Sequence record: SRR20825010_1489
DNA length: 35,320 nt
Reading direction: 5' to 3' (one strand)
Shown here: positions 7,669 to 18,273 of the stretch, one piece after another
How the letters are laid out: each line of letters opens with the position of its first letter
How positions within the stretch are numbered: the first letter of the stretch is position 1
Notes under the pieces: generated by a model
What the model saw: only the letters and a program-made list of their open reading frames with translations
Databases searched by the model: none
Told to the model about the DNA's origin: nothing
Translations under genes and position numbers: made by a program

Positions 7669-9453
7669 ATCTAACTTAAGCACCGCCATAAAGGCTTCCT
7701 GTGGAATTTCCACATTACCTACCTGACGCATTCTTTTCTTACCTTTTTTCTGCTTTTCTAAAAGCTTACGCTTTCTGGAAATATCACCACCGTAACATTT
7801 TGCCAATACGTTTTTACGTAAAGCTTTTACTGATTCCCTTGCAATAATCTTGGTGCCAATGGAGGCCTGAATGGCAATCTCAAACATTTGGCGTGGAATC
7901 AACTCCTGCAATTTCTCACAGAGTCTTTTTCCCCAATCATAGGCTTTGTCTTTATGTACAATGGCCGAAAGTGCATCTACTTTTTCTCCGTTGAGCATAA
8001 TATCCAGCTTCACCATGGTAGACTGGCGGAAACCAATCAACTCATAATCAAGAGATGCATAACCACGGGAAATCGTTTTGAGTTTATCAAAGAAATCGAA
8101 AACGATTTCAGCCAAAGGCATTTCAAAACTCAGTTCAACCCTATCGCTGGTGAGGTACACCTGATTTTTAATCAAGCCCCTTTTGTCCATACATAAATTG
8201 ATGATTCCACCCACATACTCAGACTTAGAAATAATTTGAGCACGAATAAATGGCTCTTCCAAATGAGAAATGGAAGACGCATCGGGCATTTCAGATGGCG
8301 CATTAATTTTAAGAATCGATCCATCTGTTCTTACTGCGTGAAACTGAACTGAAGGAACGGTAGTAATTACCGTCATGTCAAATTCACGCTCTAATCTTTC
8401 CTGAATAATCTCCAAATGGAGCATCCCCAAGAAACCACAACGGAAACCAAAGCCCAAAGCGGCAGAAGTTTCAGGTTCCCAAACCAAGGAAGCATCATTC
8501 AATTGAAGCTTTTCCATTGAAGCCCTCAATTCTTCGAATTCAGAGGTTTCCACAGGGTAAATACCCGCAAAAACCATTGGCTTCACATCTTCAAAGCCTT
8601 TAATAATTTTGGTCGTTGGTCGATCTGGGTGCGTGATGGTATCACCCACTTTCACTTCCTTGGCCACTTTAATGCCTGAAATGAGGTAGCCTACATTTCC
8701 TGCGCTAATTTCTTTTTCTGGCTGTTGTTTCAGCTTCAACACACCAATTTCATCGGCATTATAGATCTTATCCGTATTCACGAATTTAATCTTATCTCCC
8801 TTTTTGATGGTACCGTCAAAAACACGGAAAATTACTTCGATCCCTCTAAAAGAGTTGAAAACTGAATCGAAGATCATCGCTCTCAAAGGCTCCTTAGGAT
8901 CGCCTTTTGGTGCTGGAATTTTTTCAACAATGGCCGTTAAAATATCTTCGATACCCAAACCTTCTTTTCCACTTGCTCTAATGACGTCTTCGGGATCGCA
9001 GCCGATAAGCTCTACCACCTGATCCGTCATTTCTTCAGGCATGGCGCCTGGTAAATCTATTTTATTGAGCACTGGAATAATCTCCAGGTCGTGATTCAAA
9101 GCCAAATAAAGGTTAGAAATGGTTTGCGCCTCCACACCCTGAGAAGCATCTACAATAAGCAATGCGCCTTCGCAGGCAGCAATTGATCGAGATACTTCAT
9201 ATGAAAAATCCACGTGTCCGGGGGTGTCGATAAGGTTGAGGGTATATTCCTCGCCCTTATGCATATATTTCATTTGGATAGCGTGACTCTTGATAGTAAT
9301 ACCACGTTCACGTTCCAAGTCCATGTTGTCCAACAACTGATTCTGCATGTCGCGATCGCCAACAGTTCCAGTGAACTGAAGTAGACGATCGGCCAAAGTA
9401 CTCTTACCGTGGTCGATGTGTGCGATAATACAGAAATTCCTGATTCTCTCCAT
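7666..9453 (-). CDS. lepA: Translation elongation factor 4
   Basis: '[20 protein letters not shown]', '[11 protein letters not shown]', '[18 protein letters not shown]'. Confidence 0.99.
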   Translation of the reverse strand: MERIRNFCIIAHIDHGKSTLADRLLQFTGTVGDRDMQNQLLDNMDLERERGITIKSHAIQMKYMHKGEEYTLNLIDTPGHVDFSYEVSRSIAACEGALLIVDASQGVEAQTISNLYLALNHDLEIIPVLNKIDLPGAMPEEMTDQVVELIGCDPEDVIRASGKEGLGIEDILTAIVEKIPAPKGDPKEPLRAMIFDSVFNSFRGIEVIFRVFDGTIKKGDKIKFVNTDKIYNADEIGVLKLKQQPEKEISAGNVGYLISGIKVAKEVKVGDTITHPDRPTTKIIKGFEDVKPMVFAGIYPVETSEFEELRASMEKLQLNDASLVWEPETSAALGFGFRCGFLGMLHLEIIQERLEREFDMTVITTVPSVQFHAVRTDGSILKINAPSEMPDASSISHLEEPFIRAQIISKSEYVGGIINLCMDKRGLIKNQVYLTSDRVELSFEMPLAEIVFDFFDKLKTISRGYASLDYELIGFRQSTMVKLDIMLNGEKVDALSAIVHKDKAYDWGKRLCEKLQELIPRQMFEIAIQASIGTKIIARESVKALRKNVLAKCYGGDISRKRKLLEKQKKGKKRMRQVGNVEIPQEAFMAVLKLD

Positions 9454-9470
9454 AGTTTTTAAAAGAAGTG

Positions 9471-9478
9471 CAAAAATA
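9471..9478 (-). promoter_or_regulatory. -7 promoter element for lepA
   Basis: TATTTTTG followed by CAC, 17 nt before the ATG. Confidence 0.6.
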
Positions 9479-9527
9479 GAAAATTATGATGCATTTGCTT
9501 TGTGGGGATAACCATTAATTTTACACT

Positions 9528-10049
9528 ATGTTATTGGCAGACAAGAAAAAGAGACAGAACCTATCGGAATACATCGTTTACATGTACCAAACCGAAATGT
9601 TGGTTCGAAATTTTGAGTTCGATATTCAAAAGATTGAGAACCATGTGGTAAAGAATATTCATGAAGAAAGCTTAAATGCGGAAGGAAAAGCGGAATTGAC
9701 CGAGTGGTACAAAGTCATAATTGCTCAAATGAAGGAGGAAGCGCTAGAACGCGAAGGCCACCTGAGTTTTGTTCAGGAGGAAGTAAAACGCCTTTCTGAC
9801 CTTAGTCTACAGCTTCAGGTAAATGACGAAAACTATCGTGCAATTTTCAACCGTGCCCGCCCTGCTATTCGTGCTTCTATTGTTGAGTCTAATGGTTTAA
9901 TCAACGACCCCATTCAAGCTTGCCTTAATGGCATTTTGGGTCTACTGATTGCCAGAATGAATGGAAAAGAAATTCTAGACGACACCTTAGCACAGCTAGA
10001 TCACTTTGGGAATGTACTGTCTTATCTATCGATGAAGATTAGTTATTAG
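9528..10049 (+). CDS. Conserved Bacteroidota protein (DUF4924-like)
   Basis: 'KKRQNLSEYIVYMYQTE', 'WY....QMKEE....GHL' pattern recalled for this family; family call from memory. Confidence 0.75.
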   Translation: MLLADKKKRQNLSEYIVYMYQTEMLVRNFEFDIQKIENHVVKNIHEESLNAEGKAELTEWYKVIIAQMKEEALEREGHLSFVQEEVKRLSDLSLQLQVNDENYRAIFNRARPAIRASIVESNGLINDPIQACLNGILGLLIARMNGKEILDDTLAQLDHFGNVLSYLSMKISY

Positions 10050-10367
10050 TTAAGGGGTGATTAGTTATGAGGGGAAGAGGTATTGGTTAAGAGGAGTTAG
10101 TTAAGAGGTAAAGAGTTATTGGGAAAGAGGGAATCACTTGATCAGGGAATCCAGGGATTGGGAGTTTGACTGACTCCAAGCCTGTACCAGTTTTCTTAAC
10201 TTTTGTTCTTCAGTATTTGTGGGAATATAGAACTCGAATTTATAAGGAATGTTACTAATAACCCCTAACCAATACACCAGTAACTAATCCCCTGTTTTCT
10301 GATTTCCTGATCAACTATTTCTATTCTACTGATCACTCCTCCCTAATAACCAATACACTAATAACTA
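10040..10367. repeat. Long degenerate inverted-repeat element between convergent genes
   Basis: G-rich left arm and C-rich right arm; TAGTTATTAGT (10040-10050) / ACTAATAACTA (10357-10367); GTATTGGTTA (10080-10089) / TAACCAATAC (10266-10275 and 10347-10356); TTGATCAGG (10138-10146) / CCTGATCAA (10306-10314). Confidence 0.75.
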
Positions 10368-11174
10368 CTTCCCAAAGGGAGAGTCTGGTTCTTTCGCGAA
10401 AACATTGAATACGATTTTGTCCATTCGGCCGGGCATCCATTTATTGAGGAAAACGGCCAACTTACCTTGGCTGGTAAAAACAATGTCGCGCTTTCTTTTT
10501 TGAATGGCCTTGATAATGCCTTGCGCTACTTCTTCTGGGCTCATCATCTTCCCTTCATCGCGTGGAGATTCACCTTGGGAAGTTCCGTCCGCGGTAAGTG
10601 CGGCATTTCGGATATTCGTTCCAGTAAAGCCAGGGCAAGCCACGAGTACGTGAACACCTCTGTGCATTACTTCCGTACGCAATGACTCCATAAAGCCATT
10701 CATCGCATATTTTGAAGCGGTGTAAGCGGTTCTTGCGGGTGTACCTCGGTAACCGTTAATTGACGACACACCCACAATGGAGCCTTTCGTTTTTAGTATT
10801 TCCGGAAGGCAGTATTTGGTGGCGTAAAGGGTTCCGTAAAAGTTAATGTCCATTACTTTTTTGAAAACATCCATTTCGATTTCTTCAAAAAGCGCGCGCA
10901 TAGAAATGCCCGCATTATTGATCAGGATATCAATTTTACCAAAGGTTCTTACGGTTTCCTTAACGAGAATTTCATTGTCCTTTTCTTTGGCTACATCCAG
11001 TTGCAGACAAAGATTTCGCGTTTTCATGCCATCCAGAATTTCGGCCACTTCATTGAGTCGTGCTTCATTCCTACCAGTAATGACAATATGTGCGCCCAGT
11101 TTAGCAAACTCAATGGCCAATGCTTTTCCAATACCCGAAGAAGCTCCTGTGATGATGACAACTTTGTTTTTCAT
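10365..11174 (-). CDS. Short-chain dehydrogenase/reductase
   Basis: 'ITGASSGIG', 'NNAG', YxxxK 'YTASK'. Confidence 0.95.
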   Translation of the reverse strand: MKNKVVIITGASSGIGKALAIEFAKLGAHIVITGRNEARLNEVAEILDGMKTRNLCLQLDVAKEKDNEILVKETVRTFGKIDILINNAGISMRALFEEIEMDVFKKVMDINFYGTLYATKYCLPEILKTKGSIVGVSSINGYRGTPARTAYTASKYAMNGFMESLRTEVMHRGVHVLVACPGFTGTNIRNAALTADGTSQGESPRDEGKMMSPEEVAQGIIKAIQKRKRDIVFTSQGKLAVFLNKWMPGRMDKIVFNVFAKEPDSPFGK

Positions 11175-11188
11175 GCTTAATATTTACG

Positions 11189-11196
11189 CAAAGATA
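11189..11196 (-). promoter_or_regulatory. -7 promoter element for the SDR gene
   Basis: TATCTTTG followed by CG, 14 nt before the ATG. Confidence 0.65.
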
Positions 11197-11267
11197 TCAG
11201 CTTTTAGAACTCTCTTAAATAATTCATGATATTAAGGGCTTAATACATGATGGCTGTTAATAAATTA

Positions 11268-12158
11268 ATGAAAAAGCTGGTATACATAATTACCCTTCTA
11301 CTATTGATTACTGGCTACAGCAAGGCTCAAATGGTTATTAAAGGAAAAGTTATGGCTTCAGATGATGGATTGCCAATGCGCTTTGTGAGCATTCAAGCAA
11401 AAGAAACTGACAAAAAAACACTAACAACTATTGATGGTGATTTTGAAATTGAGGTTGAACTCGGACAAACGCTTATTTTTAGGTTCGTTGGGTTTGTCGA
11501 ACGGGAAGTTCAAATTACTGAAGACAAATATTATCTAATTGAGCTCAAACCATATATCATTCATGATGATTTTGGCCAGAATCGTATTCATTTTGATGCA
11601 GGATATGACCTGAAGAACAGGTTTGTTATCGGAAAGCTTAGCTACGTTTCAGACCAAATTGGGTGGTTTTCAATCCGAACTTCAGTCGTAAAAAACCTTA
11701 CTAGCCAAGCTGATTTTATCGACTCAAAAATAGAAGTTTCCAATCTTATCTACTCATACCCTAACATAAGCATTGGCACTACATTTCGATACCAAAATAT
11801 CTCTTTCCAAGAGTACAGTTTCAAAAATTCTACATTCTCATTTCAACCAAAATTGAAATACTTTGAAGGCAACATTGGGTTTGGAGTTAGCAATCATGAT
11901 TTGAATTCCAAGAAGACTTTTGGAATCCTTCTTGGGGCAAATAAAGAAATTCGAGTTGGCACATATCACTATATCCCTCTTGAGATCTCTTCAACCTTTT
12001 GGGGTAAAAACGTAGAATTTAATGCTTCAGTAAAATATAAAGTCCTAAGATATTTTGAGCTTGGATTGAGCTATCAGCATTATCGAAGTTTTGATTCGTT
12101 GATAGCAACAGTTGGAAGCTCAATCAGATTATGGAAACGGGCTAAAAACGAATACTAA
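11268..12158 (+). CDS. Secreted protein with carboxypeptidase-regulatory-like N-terminal domain and probable beta-barrel
   Basis: Signal peptide MKKLVYII...SKA-Q (ATG 11268; track start 11247); 'IKGKVMASDDGLPM..VSI...TTIDGDFEI...L.F.FVGF'; C-terminal half rich in alternating aromatic strands. Confidence 0.8.
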   Translation: MKKLVYIITLLLLITGYSKAQMVIKGKVMASDDGLPMRFVSIQAKETDKKTLTTIDGDFEIEVELGQTLIFRFVGFVEREVQITEDKYYLIELKPYIIHDDFGQNRIHFDAGYDLKNRFVIGKLSYVSDQIGWFSIRTSVVKNLTSQADFIDSKIEVSNLIYSYPNISIGTTFRYQNISFQEYSFKNSTFSFQPKLKYFEGNIGFGVSNHDLNSKKTFGILLGANKEIRVGTYHYIPLEISSTFWGKNVEFNASVKYKVLRYFELGLSYQHYRSFDSLIATVGSSIRLWKRAKNEY

Positions 12159-13744
12159 ACCTCAGCCGCCACTTTCTTATTGTAATTGTCAATGGCTACA
12201 AAGTAATCTGGATCTTCCACCACATTGACATCGCAAATTTCTTCGGCACGTTTGATTAGCGCTAAGCAATCTTTACTTAAGTGACGCAAGTGAATGGTTT
12301 TTCCTTCTTTCTGATATCTTTCTGCCAATTTGTTAATCGCCTCTATGGCAGATTGGTCAACAATTCTTGATTCAGCAAAGTCAATTACCACTTCATCTGG
12401 ATCTTCTTTGATATCGAATTTGCTATTGAAAAGGCTGATAGAACCAAAGAACAATGGCCCGTAAATTTCATAGTGCTTAATACCATGCTCATCTGTTGTT
12501 TTTCTAGCGCGAATGCGCAGTGCATTTTGCCATGCAAACACCAAGGCTGAAATGATTACCCCAGCAAATACGGCAATGGCCAAATCGAAAATTACAGTAA
12601 GCACTGTTACCAATAGAATTACGATGACATCGGCTTTAGGCACTTTGTTCCATACCTTAAAAGTAGACCAAGCAAATGTGCCAATGACCACCATAAACAT
12701 TACGCCTACCAATGCTGCGATAGGCACCATTTCAATGTATTCGGAAGCAAAAAGGATAAAGCCTAACAAAGCCAATGCGGCTACAACGCCTGAAAGACGA
12801 CCTCTGCCGCCAGACTTTACATTGATAATACTTTGACCGATCATGGCGCAACCGCCCATTCCGCCAAAGAATCCATTGACCAAATTGCCCAAGCCTTGCG
12901 CTACCGATTCACGGTTTCCGCTTCCGCGGGTTTCAGTCAGTTCATCCAAAAGGTTAAGCGTCATCAATGACTCGATCAGGCCAATAGCGGCTAAGATGAT
13001 CGCATAAGGTAAAATAAACGCTAGCGTGTCCCAGTTGAGGTCGATTACTGGCACATTAAAAGAAGGAAGTCCGGCTTTAATGCCATCGCCTCCACCAGCT
13101 TGAATAAAGCTCTTTACAGTTTCTGTTTCTACTCCTCCAAAAATCACAATCAGCGAAACCACCACAATGGCCACTAGTGCACCTGGAATATTTTTATTGA
13201 TTTTGGGAAGGAATACCATGATGGCCATGGTCAATAATGTCAGGCCAAGCATAATAAGTAAAGAAGAACCCGTTAGCCATTCTCCACCTATTTTAAACAT
13301 GCCCAATTGCGACATAAAAATCACGATCGCCAAGCCGTTCACAAAGCCCATCATTACTGAATGAGGTACCATTCTGATGAACTTGCCTAGCTTTAGAAAG
13401 CCAGCAGACATTTGAATAATGCCTGTTAGGATCAAGGTAGCAAACAAGAACTGAAGGCCTTGCCCATCTCCCATAAGTTCACCTTCTGCCACCAATGAAA
13501 CCATCACTACGGCCAAAGCACCAGTAGCGCCTGAAATCATTCCGGGTCTTCCACCAAAAATGGAGGTGATTAAGCCCATCATAAAGGCGCCATAAAGCCC
13601 AACGATTGGGGAAATTCCAGCCACAAAAGAAAATGCAACAGCCTCGGGTACAAGGGCCAAAGCCACCGTTAAGCCTGAAAAAATATCGCTTTTGGCGCTG
13701 ACTCTGTTTTTGTCAACAATTGAGAAGGTTTCTCTAAAATTCAT
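12155..13744 (-). CDS. SulP family inorganic anion transporter with STAS domain
   Basis: 'GLTVALALVPEAVAF', 'GGRPGMISGATGA', 'GGMGGCAMIGQS', 'YGPLFFGS'; start trimmed to ATG 13744, downstream of the promoter box. Confidence 0.94.
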   Translation of the reverse strand: MNFRETFSIVDKNRVSAKSDIFSGLTVALALVPEAVAFSFVAGISPIVGLYGAFMMGLITSIFGGRPGMISGATGALAVVMVSLVAEGELMGDGQGLQFLFATLILTGIIQMSAGFLKLGKFIRMVPHSVMMGFVNGLAIVIFMSQLGMFKIGGEWLTGSSLLIMLGLTLLTMAIMVFLPKINKNIPGALVAIVVVSLIVIFGGVETETVKSFIQAGGGDGIKAGLPSFNVPVIDLNWDTLAFILPYAIILAAIGLIESLMTLNLLDELTETRGSGNRESVAQGLGNLVNGFFGGMGGCAMIGQSIINVKSGGRGRLSGVVAALALLGFILFASEYIEMVPIAALVGVMFMVVIGTFAWSTFKVWNKVPKADVIVILLVTVLTVIFDLAIAVFAGVIISALVFAWQNALRIRARKTTDEHGIKHYEIYGPLFFGSISLFNSKFDIKEDPDEVVIDFAESRIVDQSAIEAINKLAERYQKEGKTIHLRHLSKDCLALIKRAEEICDVNVVEDPDYFVAIDNYNKKVAAEV

Positions 13745-13766
13745 ATTCACTTTTCTAATAGGGCTG

Positions 13767-13774
13767 CAAAGGTA
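13767..13774 (-). promoter_or_regulatory. -7 promoter element for the SulP gene
   Basis: TACCTTTG followed by CAGCCC. Confidence 0.7.
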
Positions 13775-13924
13775 GGGCATTTCGTTAAGACAGAAAGACT
13801 TGCCTATGAATTGTTCATTCAACAGAAATTATGAATCCATTAAGTTTGCCTAATGATACAGTCTTGCCCCTGCAAAATTTCAGCAGAGTAACTAGAGTTT
13901 CACAGAATGAAATTATCTTCGCGC

Positions 13925-15328
13925 ATGGCAAAATTCAGGGGGAAAAGAAAAGTACTAGAACAAGTTAGAATCGAAGGCATTGCAGCGGAAGGAAAGTGCA
14001 TTGCCCGAGTAAACGATGAAGTACTTTTTGTGGAAGGCGTTGCGCCCGGTGATGTGGTAGATGTACTCGTAACTAGGAAGAAAAAGAACTTTATGGAAGG
14101 TAAGCCCCTTACTTTTCATGAATATTCAAAAGACAGAGTAGAACCATTCTGCAAACACTTTGGCGTTTGTGGTGGCTGTAAATGGCAACACATTCCTTAT
14201 GACATTCAACTAAAATACAAGCACCAGCAGGTGATTGATAATTTGGAGCGCATTGGTAAAATTCCTTTGCCTGAAATCAGCCCAATTTTAGGTTCTTCAA
14301 AAATCAAGTATTACCGAAACAAGCTAGAATACACCTTTTCGAATTGGAAATGGCTTACAAAAGAAGAAATTGCTACTGGCGAAGATGCAGACCGAAGAGC
14401 TTTGGGATTCCACGTTCCGGGCAGTTTTGATAAGATATTAGACATTGAAACTTGTTATCACCAGCCTGATCCCTCAAATGAAATAAGGCTTTCGGTAAGA
14501 AAATATTGCCTTGAAAATGACCTCCCCTTCTTCGATTTAAAAAGAAGAACTGGAAACCTCAGAAACCTGATCATCAGAAATTCATCGTTGGATCAGTGGA
14601 TGGTCATTGTTCAATTTGCCATGGAGCACGAAAAGAACATGGGATTGATGGAGCACATCAAAACCGCCTTCCCTCATATTCATTCCCTACAATACGTGAT
14701 CAATGATAAGGGCAACGAAACTTTCCATGACTTGGAAGTAATGCTTTATTACGGTGAAGCGCACATTACCGAAGCCATGGAAGATGTAAGGTTTAGGATT
14801 GGGCCAAAATCGTTTTACCAAACCAACGCCTCTCAGGCTTATGAGCTCTACAAAATCGCCAGAGACTATGCTGATTTAAAGGGTGACGAAGTGGTCTATG
14901 ATTTATACACAGGCACGGGCACGATTGCCAACTTTATAGCAAAGGATGCGAAAAAAGTGATTGGTTTAGAATATGTAGAGGCGGCCATTGAAGACGCCAA
15001 ATTGAACTCAGAAATCAATGGAGTAACGAATACCGAGTTCTATGCTGGTGACATGAGAGAATTACTGAATGACGACTTTATGTCCAATCATGACAGGCCT
15101 GATGTGATCATCACCGACCCTCCACGCGCAGGAATGCATGAAGATGTAATTGCAATGCTGCTCAAAATTGAGGCTGAAAAAATCGTGTACGTAAGCTGTA
15201 ATCCCGCCACACAAGCGCGTGACTTGGCTTTACTCGATGCAAAGTACAGCGTCAAAAAAGTACAGCCAGTAGATATGTTTCCACAGACGCATCATGTAGA
15301 GAATGTGGTTTTGTTAAAACTAAAATAG
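13925..15328 (+). CDS. rlmD: 23S rRNA (uracil(1939)-C5)-methyltransferase
   Basis: TRAM domain, 'CKHFGVCGGC' Fe-S motif, 'SFYQTN', 'DPPRAG', 'YVSCNPATQARD', 'VDMFPQTHHVE'; ATG 13925 preferred (track start 13907). Confidence 0.95.
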   Translation: MAKFRGKRKVLEQVRIEGIAAEGKCIARVNDEVLFVEGVAPGDVVDVLVTRKKKNFMEGKPLTFHEYSKDRVEPFCKHFGVCGGCKWQHIPYDIQLKYKHQQVIDNLERIGKIPLPEISPILGSSKIKYYRNKLEYTFSNWKWLTKEEIATGEDADRRALGFHVPGSFDKILDIETCYHQPDPSNEIRLSVRKYCLENDLPFFDLKRRTGNLRNLIIRNSSLDQWMVIVQFAMEHEKNMGLMEHIKTAFPHIHSLQYVINDKGNETFHDLEVMLYYGEAHITEAMEDVRFRIGPKSFYQTNASQAYELYKIARDYADLKGDEVVYDLYTGTGTIANFIAKDAKKVIGLEYVEAAIEDAKLNSEINGVTNTEFYAGDMRELLNDDFMSNHDRPDVIITDPPRAGMHEDVIAMLLKIEAEKIVYVSCNPATQARDLALLDAKYSVKKVQPVDMFPQTHHVENVVLLKLK

Positions 15329-15447
15329 AATATCTATCAGAGGCAATGAAGGTTTTACAATTTAAAGTGTATAGCGTTAAAAAGAACACCAACTTTCTTT
15401 TCAGTATATAGATTTCAAAAATAGTACAAATCAAATATGTCGGTTTT

Positions 15448-17697
15448 CTACCCTAGTGTAATTTGCTTCTGTACCATATAAGGTTGGTTGTATTGACGCT
15501 TTCCAGTGGCTTTATACAAGGCATTCGCCACCGCAGCAAACACTGGAGGAAAAGGTGGTTCTCCCAAACCTGTCGGAGCTACTTCGCTCTGCACAAAATG
15601 CACATCTATAGATTCTGGAGCCTCACGGTGCCTGATCATTCTATACCTGTCGAAATTGTTTTGTTCCGTTGCTCCATTATTGAAAGTTAAATGGCTGTAC
15701 ATAGAGTTACCTATTCCATCTACCACGGCTCCTTCTACCATATTGGTTGCGGCTAGTGGGTTCACCACCACACCACAGTCAACTGCGCAAGTCACATGTT
15801 TCACCTTCGGTTCACCATTCACCATTTCAACATCAAGAACATGAGCCACATAACTGTTGTGGCAAAAATAGGCCGAAACCCCTCTGGAAATACCTGCTTC
15901 GGTTTGTCCCCAATTCGATTTATCCCTAACCAGTTCTAATATTCCAGCATATCTGTCCGGATCATAATCGTTTCTCTCACCTACTGGGCTTTCTTTGGCC
16001 CGTTTCATAAGATCAAGCCTGAATTGGATTGGATCTTTTCCTGCTGCTTCGGCTATCTCATCGAGGAATGACTGTTCCGCTCCAGCAATAAAATTAGACC
16101 CAGGAGCTCTGAATGCCCCAACCGTAATATTAGACTCAATTCGCCATGATTCTGCCAAATAGTTGTCAACGGCACCTGCTGGGAATCTATTCGCATGCAA
16201 TGGGCTTTCAGGAATTCCACCAGCTTTAGCGTGGAAAGCAATTAGATTATTATCCATATCCAAAGCCGCACGATAGGTAGCATGATAGGTTGGTCGATAA
16301 ATACCACCACTCATGTCATCTTCACGGGTATAAACCAGCTTAATAGGTGATTTAGCTGCTTGTGAAATTAAGGCCGCTTCCACTACATAGTGATCGTAAG
16401 CTCTTCTGCCAAAACCTCCACCCATACGGGTCATTTTAATGTCTACCTTTTCCAACGGTACGCCAAGTCTGGAAGCAACAACTTGTTCAGCAAATTGAGG
16501 AGCCTGCAATGGCCCAGCCAAATTCACCATTTCATCTGTTACATTGGCAAAGAAATTCATTGGTTCTAGCGCGTTATGCGCTAAGAAGGGAGCTGTATAA
16601 GTTCTTTCAATCACTTTTGCAGCTCTTTTGAAGGCACCTTCAGGATCACCATCCCTGCGCTCTACCCTACCAGGCTTTTGTGACATCGCCTGCATTTGCT
16701 GATAGTGATCAGTACTATTTTCAAGACCATCTGGAACTTCAACCTCCTGTGTTCCTCTAAAACCTCCAACGGTAATTTTGGTTTTCGGGCTCTTTTCCCA
16801 TTCTACTTGAACAGCCTTCTTGGCTTGCATTACTTCCCAAGTAGAGCTACCTGTAATGACCACCAGTTCTGGAAAGGCATCGGCACTGAACATGCCTCTG
16901 GCAAAATCATTCGGGAATGAAGTGATGGTGAAAACATCTTTAATCCCTGCCATATTTTTAGCAGCAGAACTATCATAAGATTTCATTCTCATGCCAAAGG
17001 CTGGTGGGTGGATGATCATGGCGGTAAGCATACCCTCTTCTTCATAATCGAGACCAAACATGGGCTTGCCTGTTACGATGTCTTTACCCCTTACATTTTT
17101 CTTTGGAGTTCCTACGATTTTGAAATCAGAAATTTTCTTAAGCTCAAGATTTTCAGGTATTTCAACTCCCACTGCCAATGAGGCTATTTCGCCATAACCA
17201 GCAGATTTACCGTTGATATGTGATAGCACTCCATTTTCTGTAATGATTTCGCTCGAAGGCACTCCCCATTGTTTAGCAGCAGCCTCCTTCAGCATATATC
17301 TGGCCGCAGCTCCGGCATTTCTCAAACCATTCCACCCCGCACGAATCGACTGACTGCCACCAGCGAACTGTCGGTTGTATAAGGCTGAATTGAAAGGGGC
17401 TTGTTCAACCAGAACATTTTTCCAGTCTACATCCAACTCTTCCGCCACAATCATCGGCATAGATGTGGTCACGTTCTGGCCGAATTCTGGATTAGGCGCC
17501 ATTATAGTGACCACACCGTTATCTCCTATTTTCAGGTAGCCATTTAGCTCAAACCACTCTTCTGGCATTTCCATAGCCTGCTCACCAGAAGGCATACAAC
17601 CAGCCAACCAACTAAAACTGATCATCAAACCTCCTCCTGCCAATGCTGAGGATTTTAGGAATGACCTTCTATTTACTTTTGTCTTTAATACTGTCAT
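15448..17697 (-). CDS. Xanthine dehydrogenase family molybdopterin-binding subunit (IorB-like), Tat-exported
   Basis: 'NRRSFLK' twin-arginine signal; 'PEFGQNV', 'MGGGFGRR', 'AFRAPG', 'VDCGVVVNP', 'GLGEPP'. Confidence 0.92.
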   Translation of the reverse strand: MTVLKTKVNRRSFLKSSALAGGGLMISFSWLAGCMPSGEQAMEMPEEWFELNGYLKIGDNGVVTIMAPNPEFGQNVTTSMPMIVAEELDVDWKNVLVEQAPFNSALYNRQFAGGSQSIRAGWNGLRNAGAAARYMLKEAAAKQWGVPSSEIITENGVLSHINGKSAGYGEIASLAVGVEIPENLELKKISDFKIVGTPKKNVRGKDIVTGKPMFGLDYEEEGMLTAMIIHPPAFGMRMKSYDSSAAKNMAGIKDVFTITSFPNDFARGMFSADAFPELVVITGSSTWEVMQAKKAVQVEWEKSPKTKITVGGFRGTQEVEVPDGLENSTDHYQQMQAMSQKPGRVERRDGDPEGAFKRAAKVIERTYTAPFLAHNALEPMNFFANVTDEMVNLAGPLQAPQFAEQVVASRLGVPLEKVDIKMTRMGGGFGRRAYDHYVVEAALISQAAKSPIKLVYTREDDMSGGIYRPTYHATYRAALDMDNNLIAFHAKAGGIPESPLHANRFPAGAVDNYLAESWRIESNITVGAFRAPGSNFIAGAEQSFLDEIAEAAGKDPIQFRLDLMKRAKESPVGERNDYDPDRYAGILELVRDKSNWGQTEAGISRGVSAYFCHNSYVAHVLDVEMVNGEPKVKHVTCAVDCGVVVNPLAATNMVEGAVVDGIGNSMYSHLTFNNGATEQNNFDRYRMIRHREAPESIDVHFVQSEVAPTGLGEPPFPPVFAAVANALYKATGKRQYNQPYMVQKQITLG

Positions 17698-17707
17698 GTT
17701 GGTGGGA

Positions 17708-18163
17708 TTAATAAGCTGCCGCTTTTTTCACTGCTTGTTTGATTCTAACATAAGTACCGCAACGGCAAAAGTTACCGTTCATTGAAGATTCAATCTCTTG
17801 ATCTGTTGGGCTAGGATTGGCTTTTAACAACGCCACAGCACTCATAATCTGTCCTGGTTGGCAATAACCACACTGCGCTACATCCATCTCCAACCAAGCC
17901 TTTTGTACTGGGTGATCTCCGTTCTCTGAAAGCCCTTCTATGGTAGTAATAGGCTGATTTACAGCAGCCGAAACAGGAAACGAACAAGAGCGAATTGCCG
18001 TACCATTTAGATGTACGGTACAAGCTCCACATTGGGATATACCGCAACCATACTTTGTTCCTTTTAAGCTGAGATGATCTCGAAGCACCCATAGTAATGG
18101 GGTATTTGGATCAACATCAACTGACATCTGTTTTCCGTTGATATTTAATTGAATGCTTGTCAT
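17708..18163 (-). CDS. (2Fe-2S)-binding subunit (IorA-like)
   Basis: '[16 protein letters not shown]', 'QCGYCQPG', 'NFCRCGTY'. Confidence 0.95.
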   Translation of the reverse strand: MTSIQLNINGKQMSVDVDPNTPLLWVLRDHLSLKGTKYGCGISQCGACTVHLNGTAIRSCSFPVSAAVNQPITTIEGLSENGDHPVQKAWLEMDVAQCGYCQPGQIMSAVALLKANPSPTDQEIESSMNGNFCRCGTYVRIKQAVKKAAAY

Positions 18164-18273
18164 ATCGATCTAGGAGTTAATATTGATTCTGTTCTGTGTT
18201 AATATACTGATTATCAAATCATTTAGAAACCTGAATTTTCCAACTCAAGACTTAGAATTGATAAGCGGAAAAT

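Noticed and set aside
10135-10278. 47-codon GTG-start ORF on the minus strand inside the repeat element
   Set aside because: Starts and ends within repeat arms and has no recognisable motif; cannot be supported.
10040-10367. CRISPR array
   Set aside because: Units are short, degenerate and inverted, with no constant repeats separated by unique spacers and no cas genes.
15290-15450. Integration site at the rlmD 3' end for the iorAB module
   Set aside because: No integrase and no duplicated rlmD 3' end seen downstream.
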